Positions 52,801 to 62,019 of a stretch of DNA of 64,000 nucleotides are shown here, piece after piece (position 1 is the stretch's first letter; each line of letters starts with the position of its first letter). The stretch comes from Tubiluchus corallicola (Eukaryota > Animalia > Priapulida), in contig JAQGDQ010000920.1 in assembly GCA_030141605.1 (NCBI GenBank), positions 16,441 through 80,440 of the forward strand, in the 5' to 3' direction. Position numbers and translations under genes: made by a program. The notes under the pieces were generated by a model, which was not told where the DNA came from, made no database searches, and was given only the letters and a program-made list of their open reading frames with translations.

Positions 52801-55800
52801 CTACAGAAGATTCAAGCAAAATATCATAACCACAGCAAATGTTTTATCCATACCTTCTCCTGCACGTTGTTTCTTAGGAACTCACTCTTTTGTGTATTTA
52901 ATGGCGCTCAACACTGCCAGTTACGAAAGAGATTTTTGGTTTTTATAGGCAGAAAGTTTTTGTGACTGTCCCTGCATTGAAACTATGTATTTCTGATGAA
53001 AAGTTACTAATGCTACTAGAGTTTACACGTAGCATTCCATTGCCATCACTAAGTGGATATGAGGACTTGCCGGAAGACCTCCTGGATGCGGACAGTGTAC
53101 CTGTGTTCCGTGAGCAGTCTGTATTGGTGAGCCTGCGACAATTGTTTAGAATTTCATATAAATCAGGGGTGTGCAAACTGCGGCCCGTGGGCCACTTGCG
53201 GCCCGCCGAGAGATCTTGTGCGGCCCGCAAAGAGGCTTGTCAACGTAATGAAAGTGCAGCCCACGCGATCCAGCTGAAGTCCGTGCCAATATCGCAAAGA
53301 TAGTGCGGGTAGTTTTTTCCTCTAGATCAGATTAACCCTTACAAGACCGTTGTCACTTAATGTCACTGTCGGACATGACGAAATATATGGTTTTTAACAT
53401 AAATTTTAATAACTTCTAAAATAGTTTCTTGAGTGCAGTAGTAACGACGTGCACAAAACTTATGCAAAAAAAATCGTTATTAGGTCCTACTGTACTTGGC
53501 TCCTTGACCAAACTGCATGTGGCCAACAGGAATTGCGGGAATGTTTAATGTGGCCCGGCTAGTCAGATAATTTGCACATCCCTGATATAAATTATAACTA
53601 GTTTTCGCATGTGATGCTTACGATACGCCATATTCTACAATATGTGCAGGAAATATGGTAAAACCTTTTAAGGCTCTCTGTCTATAGTTAAAAGATAAGA
53701 ATGATTGGATCAGCACATTTGATTGTAAATCATGCATGCTATCAAACTGATATTTGATATTTAGAAGATGGCATAATTTATTGATGTAGTAATCGCTAGT
53801 TTTTTTAACTGATGCTTTGTATTTTTATATTCCATATGTATTTTTATTATATTTTTGTAAATTTTTCTAGCTCTTTTAGTAGTGCATGACATGTAGTATT
53901 TCTTAGTTTTTCATGTAAATTTTTATTTTTATATAGCATTTTATATACCGAAATGAACTTTAGCAAATAAGTAATAAATAACTGCAAATGTGATTGCTAT
54001 ATAGCCTATGATAGTCAATGGACTATCATTTTTTTATTTCTAGAATATCCTTCGGTGTTTCTCTGCTCTTTTTGCATGTCAATGTTTTTCTTTTTCTTGC
54101 ATGTTTCGTCAATTGCATGGTCAATAGAAGAAAGTTCACCAACTGAAGTCAGAGGTGTGTCTTTGGATGTCTATCTGTTTTTTGGCTCATGCTGACTTTT
54201 GGATTGCCAGTAGAATGATAACTAGTAGATTTTTTCATCATGTATAATATTGAATTACTTAGTTTACTCCTTCAGCACCGTAAGTGTTTGCTGCATTTTG
54301 CATGGCTTCATGGCAAACTGCTCTCACGAAGCAGTGATTACAGATAATTTTTGTAGGAAAATTCAAAAACAGAATCTTGTCCACCACAGCCTTCAAGGAA
54401 CTAATTAGGAAATAACTGTGTCCTTGTTCCTTTTCAAACACAGATCACAGTTTTTCCAGTGTTTCCATTCAAAAAAACAACATGTATATAATTAACTCTT
54501 TCAGGACAGCAAGTATTTGCTGCATTTTGCATGGCTTCATAAAAGACTGGTTTCACTAAGCAGCGATTACGTTATATTTGATAATTCTTGTAGGTTTCTA
54601 CTCCATGCACAATGGATTTTCATGCAAAATTTTGCTTTTGCTCACCTTTAGTCAAATTAAATATCGATTTTTAACAAAAAAGTTGCAGAGAACTTTCAGT
54701 AACTGCAGTGTTTACACTGTAGCAATGTGCAGTGTCACATTTGTATGATACTGTCTAATGCAGAAAATTTCAGAAGAAATTCCTGTTAAAAGGTGAAATG
54801 ACCTAAGTTTGTCCTTGGCTGATGTCTGATTGGTTTTCCTGGAATAGCAGCAGAACGCTGCAGGGCTTGGGCTGTAGCAAGGAGGCAGTCAATATGATCA
54901 CACAACTGTACACTAGATTAAGCTACTCTGTAGGATAAGTTGGAGTGCCTGAAAGGGGCGTTTTCCGTAATTTTATCCAATTAAATCACTTATAAATGTT
55001 TAAGCAAATAGCCTGATTGGATAGTCAACATTCTCTTGAGTAGAACACTACCTAATTTGTAATCATTTAGGTATGCTCATACAGTAGCAGAAAAGTCATA
55101 AGTCTTATAAGATCTGTTTTGAGTGTTGCCGTCCTGAAAGAGTTAAGCACGTAGTGTCAAAACCTTCATTATAATGTTATAAGGTTTTGAATCATTTGAT
55201 GTTTTCACTTTTGTGTAATTAAGCTGAATTGAAATTACAATGTATGAATGCTCAAGTAATCTACCACTAGCATTTTAGAAATTAACAGTAAAAATGTTCT
55301 TTCAATCAAATCCATATATTAATGTCATTCTTATTTTTCCAAGATGTTTTGACGAGGTTATTGTTTATTGTTTATTTTTTTCACATCAACACAAATACAC
55401 AATTAATACATTAAAGGAAACAAAAAGTTGTCAATAATTCAATGGATAACAAACAGTAAGATACATAATAGGAAGCAAATTTTTGGAAAAAAATGATTTA
55501 AACTGTCTTTAGACGTAGGTCAACCTATGGTAAACAAAGATAGTGATATCGCTACTTCCTTTAATACTGGTGTCTAAACAACATTATGTACTGCATCATT
55601 ACAAATATACTAACTTGACTCTCAAAACACTGTGGGGTTAAAAGATAAACAAGAGAATTATCGCTGTTGTATGTTGTTTAGTAAATTTGTATACAGTTTA
55701 CTTTGAGCACTTAACTAGTTTAGATACACCATAGTTTACATTTGCTATATATATACAAATGTAAATGTTACAGTGCTATAAGTAATCAGAAAACTTAATG

Positions 55801-58800
55801 TAGTATTTGTGTGAAAATTATCAGGGACATTGTTCTATAGATAATTTGAACAAAATGCTGCATCCATGTTTAAATAGAGTCATCTGTCAACTTAATGAGT
55901 CCAAAAATACTGCAGGTTTTATCATTTGTATTAAATTTTTGAATAATGGTGCTAGTAACTACTACTATAGTATTTGGTTTATCAAAAATACACTACTTAG
56001 TAGCTAAATCATTTTTTGATTGGGTAAAATATGGAAATACAAAATTATAATCTTGTAGCATTATATAGAAATATATCCGAAAAATTCAAAACTGTCCACC
56101 AATTTTGCTTTATTATCTATAGTTTATAACAGCAGTTTATATAATCAACCTTTCGCTTTACAATGAAATAGAATTGAATGCTAGATGGTTAACCAGCCAA
56201 TTTACTTTGTAAATGTATTTTCATTATTGGAGTTTGAGTAAAATAAAATAAATGAGTCATTTTTATTACAAGTACTTAGAAACATTTGTAATTAAAAACA
56301 ACACAACTTCATTAAAATTTTTACGCGAAAAAGTCATGCCAAACCTATTCATTACCTATTTGGCTTCTGCTAACTACTTAATTAATGCTTAAGTTGCTGT
56401 ATCAGTTTCTTTAACTGTCAGACGTGTGAAAACTGTGACTGTGTATGAACTTAAATTCAACCTGATATATTTTATTCTGTTCTTATAGTTAAAGTTGAAC
56501 AAAGACATGAAATACAATCTGACCACTACTGAACTGAAGCAGATCAAGCGGGCAGTCCATGTAAATTCTGCTCGTCCAGTCCTCCGCGATGAAACTGACC
56601 ATAGGGGAGCTGTTCGTAAATCATCCGATTTAGGTAAATCAGACAAACTAAGTGTTAATTCTAGAAGTTTTCCTTCTTTTTTTACAAAGGGGAAAATTAT
56701 AATGAAGTTAAATTGTTTAAAGCACTTAATTGCAAAAGCAAATTTTTATTTTGGTAAGGTAACAAAGCTGCATGTGTAAATTAATCACAGTTTGATTAAC
56801 TCATGTTGCTTCTTAGATTCTGAAAGTTGATCTTAGAATTTATCTATTTTTAAACTAATAAAGTAGTCCTAAGGTGACATTTTTTATTTATATGAGTTAA
56901 AGGAAAACCGGACGCAATCTTAAGTTGTAGGTCAAAACAATCTACTCTTTATAGTATTGAAAGGAAACGTACTATTTTTTCAAAAATGACTTACGTGAAA
57001 GAATTATTACCACACAAGCACAATTTCGCCTTCGCGCCACTAGTTCTTCGCGGTTACATGCATTTTGGCATTCGCTAGTTAGACAGGCACTAGTACCTGC
57101 ATTTCGGAAAGCGTTGCACAAAAACAGGTGCTGTACCTCTCAGTTCACATATGTTAGTTTGTGGCGAGCTACACACGTTCAACAGCTCATGTGTGAGCAC
57201 AGCAGTGAATTTGAAATTTGAATTTTTATCTTAAAGCTTGCCTAGTTTTAGTACAGCATGCTGAATATCTTCTAGTAGCACTGTACTTCAATTTTCTCTT
57301 TCACAAACACATCCAACACACTCGTGGAATGTTTGTGCTAATGTTTGTGTCTTTGGGTTTGTCTGCTGGTATTTAAGATTTTAATCTATTATTTAACTAT
57401 CAGAAATGCTTTTGCAGTATTAATTATGTTAAAATGTATACTTTTTATCGGACTTGAAAATTTGGTAGTATATGAAAAATCATCTTGTCTTCCTTTAAAA
57501 CAAAATTTTGCTTGAAAATAGATTGGTCCTTTTACTATGTGATGTATTTTTTGTTTGTGTGCTCCACTTTGGCTTGTCATTAGTTGGTAAAGCAAATAGA
57601 AATGCTGTAATCCTTTGTCTGTTGTTCCCATTAATATTCCCATAATTTTCAACATCACATGGGGTACATTTGAACATGTACAGATTTGAATGTTCCTGTA
57701 TCAGTTTTGAAATTCTTAGAGAAATCAAATACAAGATTGTATCTTGAATGTGGTTATCAAGATATTTATTACTTTGCTAAGGTAACAAATTCACTTAAAG
57801 TACAAGTAAACCCTTCATAAACATAAAGCTTAAAAACTTCGTCTTGAAATTTTATATCACTTACATACTGCCTTTTTCCATACAGAATTTCAATCGGCAG
57901 TCACGCTGTAGTGTAAAACATGTAAATTTAAACTCCTGTGGTTAGATGCAGCCATTTTGACGACAGGTCATTTGAAATAAGTTTAGATAAGATCGTGTAA
58001 ACTTTGAAAATTATAATCAGAGCATTTGTAGCGCACACGTCACTAACTGAATAAAATTTTAAATTACGTATCTTGTCAATAAGACGGTTAGTGGGTGGTG
58101 CACCCCGGAGGTGAGTCAATGACATTTCACCAATTGGTGAAAACATTTTAAATAATTAGTAATTTCCTTTTCTAGTTACATAAGTCTTTCAAGCAGGTAA
58201 GCAAAATGTTAAGTAGCATAACTTTTCATGGAAAGTTTTTTGGGACATAATTTAACATTTCCTTTTCTTCCCTTAATTTATGTTTGTGTCGTTATATAAT
58301 GGCGACTTTGGAACAGTTATTGTGGGATATTTAAAACGAAGACAAACAAATATTCCTTTCAATACGAGTAAGATATATGCATAAAATTGCCATAAAATAA
58401 TATAGTTTTTTTAAGGCGATTTTTCTGAAGCCTACTACAGGTACCCCCTTTCTTGTCCTTTAATTCATTCGTTAGTTTAATTAATTGACATAGTATTATT
58501 TTAATTCAGACGAGCTGTTCTTTTCTGCATCTGATCAGTCTGAAGAAGATGAGGATGTGAATTTTAAGGATAGCACCATATTTGATGAAAGCACGAGTCA
58601 ACAGAATACGGTTGACAGATTACTCAGGTGTGTAAAGTCATGTTTTGTACTTTGTGAATATTCCTGCCTCAATTACCTGCGTTATCTTTGTTTTCTTTCT
58701 AATTAGCTAAAACATCATTATATACTATTACTACACCCGTCACTTTGGTAATAAACACAAGCTAAAACATCAATATATACTATTACTACACCCGTCACTT

Positions 58801-61800
58801 TGGTAATAAACACAAGCTAAAACATCAATATATACTATTACTTCACCCGTCACTTTGGTAATAAACACAAGCTAAAACATCAATATATACTATTACTTCA
58901 CCTATCACTTTGGTAATAAACACAAGCTAAAACATCAATATATACTATTACTTCACCCATCACTTTGGTAATAACAAAGCTAAAACATCAATATATACTA
59001 TTACTTCACCTATCACTTTGTAATACAGTAAAACATCAATATACTATTACTTCACCCATCACTTTTAAAAATATAAAACATAATACTTATTCATCACTTT
59101 TAATAAACAAAGCTAAAACATCAATATATACTATACTTCACCATCCTTTTAATAAACACAAGCTAAAACATCAATATATACTATTACTTCACCCATCACT
59201 TTGGTAATAAACATAAGCTAAAACATCAATATATACTATTACTTCACCCATCACTTTGGTAATAAACACAAGCTAAAACATCAATATATACTATTACTTC
59301 ACCTATCACTTTGGTAATAAACACAAGCTAAAACATCAATATATACTATTACTTCACCCATCACTTTGGTAATAAACATAAGCTAAAACATCAATATATA
59401 CTATTACTTCACCTATCACTTTGGTAATAAACACAAGCTAAAACATCAATATATACTATTACTTCACCCATCACTTTGGTAATAAACATAAGCTAAAACA
59501 TCAATATATACTATTACTTCACCTATCACTTTGGTAATAAACACAAGCTAAAACATCAATATATACTATTACTTCACCTATCACTTTGGTAATAAACACA
59601 AGCTAAAACATCAATATATACTATTACTTCACCTATCACTTTGGTAATAAACACAAGCTAAAACATCAATATATACTATTACTTCACCCATCACTTTGGT
59701 AATAAACACAAAAGAAATTCATTCGAGGTGAATTCAGTTAACCAACTAGCACTTTTTCACTAAGACTTTGTTTAAATTGATTTTGAAAGGCAGGAATTTT
59801 TATGTTTATTTCATAGATTTGAATTCTGCCCGTGTTTGGGCTTTCAAAATCAAATAGAAATTCGAAGCCTCGATTAAGTTTTGCTCTTTCCTTGCTTTTT
59901 ATTACCCAAAACATGTCATTCCATCTACACATAAGAAATTAGTGCCAAAAATAACAAATAAACAAATAACAAAAAACAACAATAGCCAAAAGTCAGTTTT
60001 ACGTAATTAAGAGTTATACACTGCACTGTCGTATTAATTAATACCTAGCTGTTATTTTAAACTAAATTTAAGTTTCTTAAAGTAATTAGAGGTTATACAT
60101 ACGTTATTAGCCCCAAATCATAAACAGATAACGATAATATCTTGTTAACTTATCATGACACGTCTTCTCTTCAGAGTACGCCTCTGATCCAGATCAAATT
60201 GATCATGTGATTAGGCCAAAAATCGCCACAAGGTGGCCAAAGTCGACAACAAGCGAAGTCTGCTAAGTACGCTAATGCAAGATTTCCAGTACAGCCCGTA
60301 TGTAAAGAGAGGTTGCTTATATCCATTGTTGCATCACTTCGCAACGTTGCAAGCAAGGCGATGTAAAGCACTCAATGTAGTAAAATGTCATGCTAATCCT
60401 ATATCAGCTTCGTTAATTTTAAATTTTTGTTATAGTATCTTATTTCATTTCTATCATTTCTTATAGTAAGCTATGAATTGTCAGTATTTTGTACTTCTGT
60501 AACATATCAGTTAAAGGTTAAACATAAATGGCAAAATTTGGCTACGTAAGTATAAAGAAAGTACAGGAAGTACAGGAAGTCCTTAACGAGTCCCCATTTA
60601 GCGAGATTTTATTAATAATAATTTTAATTATGTGACACTTTTGTCATTTAATAACGAATTGTTTTGTTTTAACCATAATTTGTTTACGTTCCTCTAAGCC
60701 AATTTTTGTTTTTCAAAAACTTTTTACCTAATTTCATGCTTTAGAACAGTAAATATGGTTTTATTCTGTTCTAAAAACACACTGGTATTGTACACAGTGT
60801 AATTATTATACGAGTATGTATGTTTTTGCTTCCCGACTGACCACTAAGGGCCAGCCATTTGTATCAAGGGAGACCTGGGAGCAAGGAATTTTGTCTGCAG
60901 CTAGTTACTATAGTAACCAGATAAAATTCCCAAGGTTGCCCAGTGATTGGCTTTGTCTCTGCTGCAGCGTTTATTGTTTAATTGTTGTCTAGACTTAAAT
61001 GTTAACGAAAGAAGCTAGATTAGTAAGACGTATAGGTGGTTTCAAGTAAGCAGAAAGAAATTAATCAGTAGAAACATGAATGAAACTCGTAAAACCTTTA
61101 ATTTATATGATTTAAGCAACATTGATCTTTGCCTCTGGAACGTATCTCAGTTCTGTTACATGGAAGTCTTGGCTTCGTTTAATGACGTTTCACTTAACAT
61201 TGGTCATTGGAGCGCATTAGCTTCGTTAAGCGAAGACTTGCTGCTTTGTCTTTATGTCAAGTAAATTAAAAAAAGAATATTTTATGATAATAACACTTGC
61301 TATCAAAATTTTTTTCCTAGGGAAGATAGTACGCTTTTAAGGCCATTTGGCTAGCCATGTTACCAGCTTAATATACAGCTGTTAGTCTTGTTAACCTCAC
61401 ATAAGTATTTGCATGAACAACTAAATAGCAACATGAATGATGACAGGTGGCTAGAGTTACTTACATCAGACAATGCCGGTAGCTTTTCATGCTAAATTAT
61501 AGCACTTAACATTATTATTTTGCTGTTTCATAGGAAAATAGCATTTTATATTCGCAGGTTTGTTCTTGGTGAGTTTGTCATCCATCTGTCACGATCGCTT
61601 GCACATGCTGAACGACCATACATGATGCTGAGGTTTGATAGGATGTATGCAGACGTAGCATTAATGACGTACGGCATGGCGGTACATGCTAGCTTGGGCG
61701 GCGTGCAGCTTGTCGACAAGATAAATACTGGGTCTTCTGGTGAATACTTGGAGTTAATCAGTTCTCGTATTAATAGTGAACTGTTTTCTGTCGTATATAG

Positions 61801-61804
61801 AATG
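23864..61804 (+). CDS. VPS13: VPS13 family intermembrane lipid transfer protein (VPS13A/C-like); 5' part, 23 coding exons, 979 codons, continues beyond window
   Basis: Chorein_N start [64 protein letters not shown], then NNLQIFIRNIHIRYED, AWWHYAY, SPEEK..L.KAIGY, DIKSPYLVVP. All 23 exons have AG/GT ends and join in phase with no stop. Confidence 0.95.
24265..25595. repeat. Long inverted repeat pair (24265-24428 and 25403-25595) with internal ~26-27-bp tandem units
   Basis: aagcttcaaagaagtgtccacctggagtg..cttcagaagttatcat is the reverse complement of the second arm. About 3 vs 4 internal units of gtgctgtactgattcgtatgcacc. Confidence 0.85.
27040..27531. repeat. 34-bp minisatellite, ~14 copies
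   Basis: Unit cagagcttagaactggagctactttgtaacaaaa, no spacers. Confidence 0.95.
27908..28218 (-). mobile_element. 3' end of a CR1/L2-type LINE (copy 2)
   Basis: Near-identical to 873-1194. Confidence 0.65.
28515..29030 (-). mobile_element. RTE-clade LINE 3' fragment with (GAA)n tail
   Basis: ORF 28552-28986: FLYNSELW..ILGIRW..ISN..RRLRWIGHTLR, typical of the post-RT region of RTE-like ORF2. (ttc)n at 28516-28542. Confidence 0.8.
29524..29952. repeat. 39-bp minisatellite, ~11 copies
   Basis: Unit ctgaaccagtttccatggcagtcacccatccaattactg; explains the overlapping repetitive ORFs. Confidence 0.95.
30083..30126 (+). CDS. VPS13: VPS13 exon 2
   Basis: ttgtag|(G)DVELYDLRLKPEAL|gtaaga, 44 nt. Confidence 0.92.
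30442..30484 (+). CDS. VPS13: VPS13 exon 3
   Basis: ttgtag|[14 protein letters not shown](G)|gtacga, 43 nt. Confidence 0.92.
30817..31640. repeat. 77-78-bp minisatellite, ~10 copies
   Basis: Unit taaatacattcatatagttcttattaacataattcatgtgtcattcacaccctttatttctgttgctttatgtaaggt. Confidence 0.95.
31685..32310 (-). mobile_element. CR1/L2-group LINE 3' fragment
   Basis: ORF 31925-32200 FMYQYHNSLLPPAF..H.HYTR..KIWSSIP..FKK..KNYLL is a CR1/L2-type ORF2 C-terminus. 3' UTR stem-loop and AATAAA tail near 31700. Confidence 0.8.
33015..33256 (+). CDS. VPS13: VPS13 exon 4
   Basis: acag|[23 protein letters not shown]|gtgtag. Confidence 0.92.
33406..33564 (+). CDS. VPS13: VPS13 exon 5
   Basis: IFIRNIHIRYED..FGITL..TVYK|gtaaat. 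Confidence 0.93.
34265..34421 (-). mobile_element. Short copy of an inverted-repeat element with telomere-like (CCCTAA) core
   Basis: agtttacaattctccgcac (34295) ... cctaatcccaaccctaacc ... atgtggggaattgtaaact-ttagcc. Reverse complement of the ends of 62020-62925. Confidence 0.75.
34515..34985 (+). mobile_element. CR1-type LINE 3' fragment
   Basis: RTNTHYGTNSV..LWNSLPLQVKQIKSLSAFKTKLK, then a 3' UTR ending ggcaaataaag(at)n. Confidence 0.7.
35228..35887. mobile_element. TIR element with 4-bp AWWT TSD (Sola-like), copy 1
   Basis: ~33-bp TIRs gtgtgcttgcataccaaagccatccataagtcgg / ctgacttatggatgattttgttatgcaagctcac, flanked by attt on both sides. Inverted second copy at 49242-49903. Confidence 0.7.
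35984..36134 (+). CDS. VPS13: VPS13 exon 6
   Basis: gcag|IIKLEELSVY..GEKFTF|gtaggc. Confidence 0.88.
36262..36630. mobile_element. Kolobok-like MITE
   Basis: TTAA|AGGAAAACCGGATGATT ... AATCGTCCGGTCTTCCT|TTAA. Confidence 0.8.
36911..37197. repeat. ~142-bp diverged tandem duplication
   Basis: gatgctt.tggcagtactaaaacctag...gaaatagcagat occurs twice. Confidence 0.85.
37414..37535 (+). CDS. VPS13: VPS13 exon 7
   Basis: (V)LKPLSAVAKV..LSRQQ|gtgagt. Confidence 0.9.
38114..38295 (+). CDS. VPS13: VPS13 exon 8
   Basis: ..FRKFNPEV..NASAWWHYAY..SWSRIKAH(R)|gtaacg. Confidence 0.92.
38893..39430 (+). mobile_element. LINE ORF2 C-terminal fragment and 3' end (same type as 22005-22830)
   Basis: KFTHCSVNVKRQLFNAYCTTFYCMSTW..KLKVAYN; AATAAA at ~39415. 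Confidence 0.7.
39468..39612 (+). CDS. VPS13: VPS13 exon 9
   Basis: KRYREYKSLYK..LEDQLDIPNILMAREEAKLE|gtttgc. Confidence 0.92.
39892..40018 (+). CDS. VPS13: VPS13 exon 10
   Basis: IAKTSP..ESSWWFS..EAETK|gtgagt, phase matches neighbours. Confidence 0.85.
40496..40892. repeat. ~400-bp dispersed repeat (probable minus-strand LINE 3' UTR), copy 1
   Basis: Closely matches 55359-55768 in the same orientation. Confidence 0.75.
40901..41124. repeat. ~225-bp local duplication, matches 43611-43843
   Basis: attaaatgtcatg...gtgcatatagga shared. Confidence 0.85.
41255..41349 (+). CDS. VPS13: VPS13 exon 11
   Basis: (S)LWSKLSPEEKDQLNKAIGY..KPAQ|gtatat. Confidence 0.9.
42395..42600. mobile_element. Right end of a Tc1/mariner-type MITE
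   Basis: Repeated ttcgagtta motifs ending in agtctactg|ta. Confidence 0.5.
42613..43259 (+). mobile_element. Internally deleted Tigger/pogo DNA transposon with CENP-B-type HTH remnant
   Basis: TA|CAGTCTAGCCTCGTTATC ... GATAACGAGACTAGACTG|TA. Peptides MSLKRK/..KKKEIC..TQQEIA..F...VSRRSVGDII and WF..RSQNVVITDAVLREKAKQF..LGITDFQYSNG. No DDD domain. Confidence 0.88.
43472..43608 (+). CDS. VPS13: VPS13 exon 12
   Basis: YIEHKVNLTV..NRAPVNAF(R)|gtatta. Confidence 0.87.
43848..43967. repeat. (AAT)n / (ATT)n microsatellites forming a palindrome
   Basis: (aat)n runs directly into (att)n around 43930. Confidence 0.9.
44020..44117 (+). CDS. VPS13: VPS13 exon 13
   Basis: ISARTESFLIEG..VGTK(G)|gtgagg. 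Confidence 0.87.
44980..45080. repeat. (GAT)-rich microsatellite
   Basis: gatgatgatgac... degenerate trinucleotide run. Confidence 0.8.
45314..45426 (+). CDS. VPS13: VPS13 exon 14
   Basis: SRAPHVFSLDFEVKPL..EPVEVVYHE|gtaata. Confidence 0.9.
45537..46509. repeat. 60-61-bp GC-rich minisatellite, ~16 copies
   Basis: Unit gtgctgccacctgtttcacctggttgggtaggtgagttggcttgagcagcagtagtcagac, no spacers. Confidence 0.95.
47640..47780 (+). CDS. VPS13: VPS13 exon 15
   Basis: HAVSEVIGFFQ..TKAGLLHAIQSHK|gtacag. Confidence 0.9.
48016..48394. mobile_element. hAT MITE
   Basis: caggtcctatttca / tgaaataggccctg TIRs. Perfect 8-bp TSD agtacaag (48008-48015, 48395-48402). Confidence 0.88.
49009..49076 (+). CDS. 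VPS13: VPS13 exon 16
   Basis: TVNLLVDIKSPYLVVPEYGTLQ|gtaagt. Confidence 0.92.
49242..49903. mobile_element. Sola-like TIR element, copy 2 (inverted relative to 35228-35887)
   Basis: Both ends and the interior are the diverged reverse complement of copy 1. Confidence 0.7.
49920..49998 (+). CDS. VPS13: VPS13 exon 17
   Basis: GGSVIVVDFGRLRVDS..SSLE|gtatgt. Confidence 0.92.
50565..50834. repeat. ~93-bp pyrimidine-rich tandem repeat, 3 copies, each containing taaccctaacc
   Basis: cttcctatccctaatcttacta...ctaaccctaaccattctttcattcactca x3. Confidence 0.85.
50835..51075 (+). mobile_element. Probable LINE 3' end with (ATTG)n tail
   Basis: gaaataaa followed by a (ttga)n/(gata)n microsatellite. Confidence 0.45.
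51197..51284 (+). CDS. VPS13: VPS13 exon 18
   Basis: DATMTEVEERMYDKLSVSLRGLQVLFADP|gtaagt. Confidence 0.92.
51492..51937. repeat. 55-bp minisatellite, ~8 copies
   Basis: Unit gacactttgcacaaactgtcatgatgctagaccacattactcagtaactctatta. Confidence 0.95.
52523..52640 (+). CDS. VPS13: VPS13 exon 19
   Basis: (G)ADWHTAQ..MHIVP..YTTMP(K)|gtaagc. Confidence 0.9.
52949..53126 (+). CDS. VPS13: VPS13 exon 20
   Basis: QKVFVTVPALKLCISDEKL..SIPLP..QSVL|gtgagc. Confidence 0.88.
53164..53584. mobile_element. hAT (Charlie/Ac-like) MITE
   Basis: caggggtgtgcaaa / tttgcacatccctg TIRs, gcggcccg subterminal repeats, 8-bp TSD atataaat (53156-53163, 53585-53592). Confidence 0.9.
54496..55142. mobile_element. piggyBac-like non-autonomous element
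   Basis: TTAA|CTCTTTCAGGACAGCAA ... TTGCCGTCCTGAAAGAG|TTAA. An older partial left end lies at ~54263-54358. Confidence 0.8.
55359..55768. repeat. ~400-bp dispersed repeat, copy 2
   Basis: Matches 40496-40892. Confidence 0.75.
56489..56633 (+). CDS. VPS13: VPS13 exon 21
   Basis: tcttatag|LKLNKDMKYNL..RKSSDL|gtaaat; phases fit exons 20 and 22 (low-conservation region). Confidence 0.75.
56901..57494. mobile_element. Kolobok-like non-autonomous DNA transposon
   Basis: TTAA|AGGAAAACC ... GTCTTCCT|TTAA; homologous to 11903-12360. Confidence 0.8.
58510..58627 (+). CDS. VPS13: VPS13 exon 22 (FFAT-like motif)
   Basis: (D)ELFFSASDQSEEDED..TVDRLL(R)|gtgtgt. Confidence 0.85.
58705..59711. repeat. 55-bp AT-rich minisatellite, ~18 copies
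   Basis: Unit agctaaaacatcaatatatactattacttcacccatcactttggtaataaacaca. Confidence 0.95.
61558..61804 (+). CDS. VPS13: VPS13 exon 23
   Basis: gcag|FVLGEFVIHLS..ASLGGVQLVDK..SVVYRM|gtaagg. Confidence 0.88.
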
Positions 61805-62019
61805 GTAAGGGGCACATTTCTAGTTGATTATTCTAAGTCTGATTTTACTAAACAATTGGTATGTCATGCATGATTTAAATAAATATTATGCCAATAAATT
61901 TCAGCTTTTATTACTGATCGGCCTCGATCCACTATTTTATGAATTCACAAAAGATACAACTATTTGAAAGTTTGCAAATATGATTTCTTGCGTTTTTTAG
62001 AACCTCAATATATAATTTT

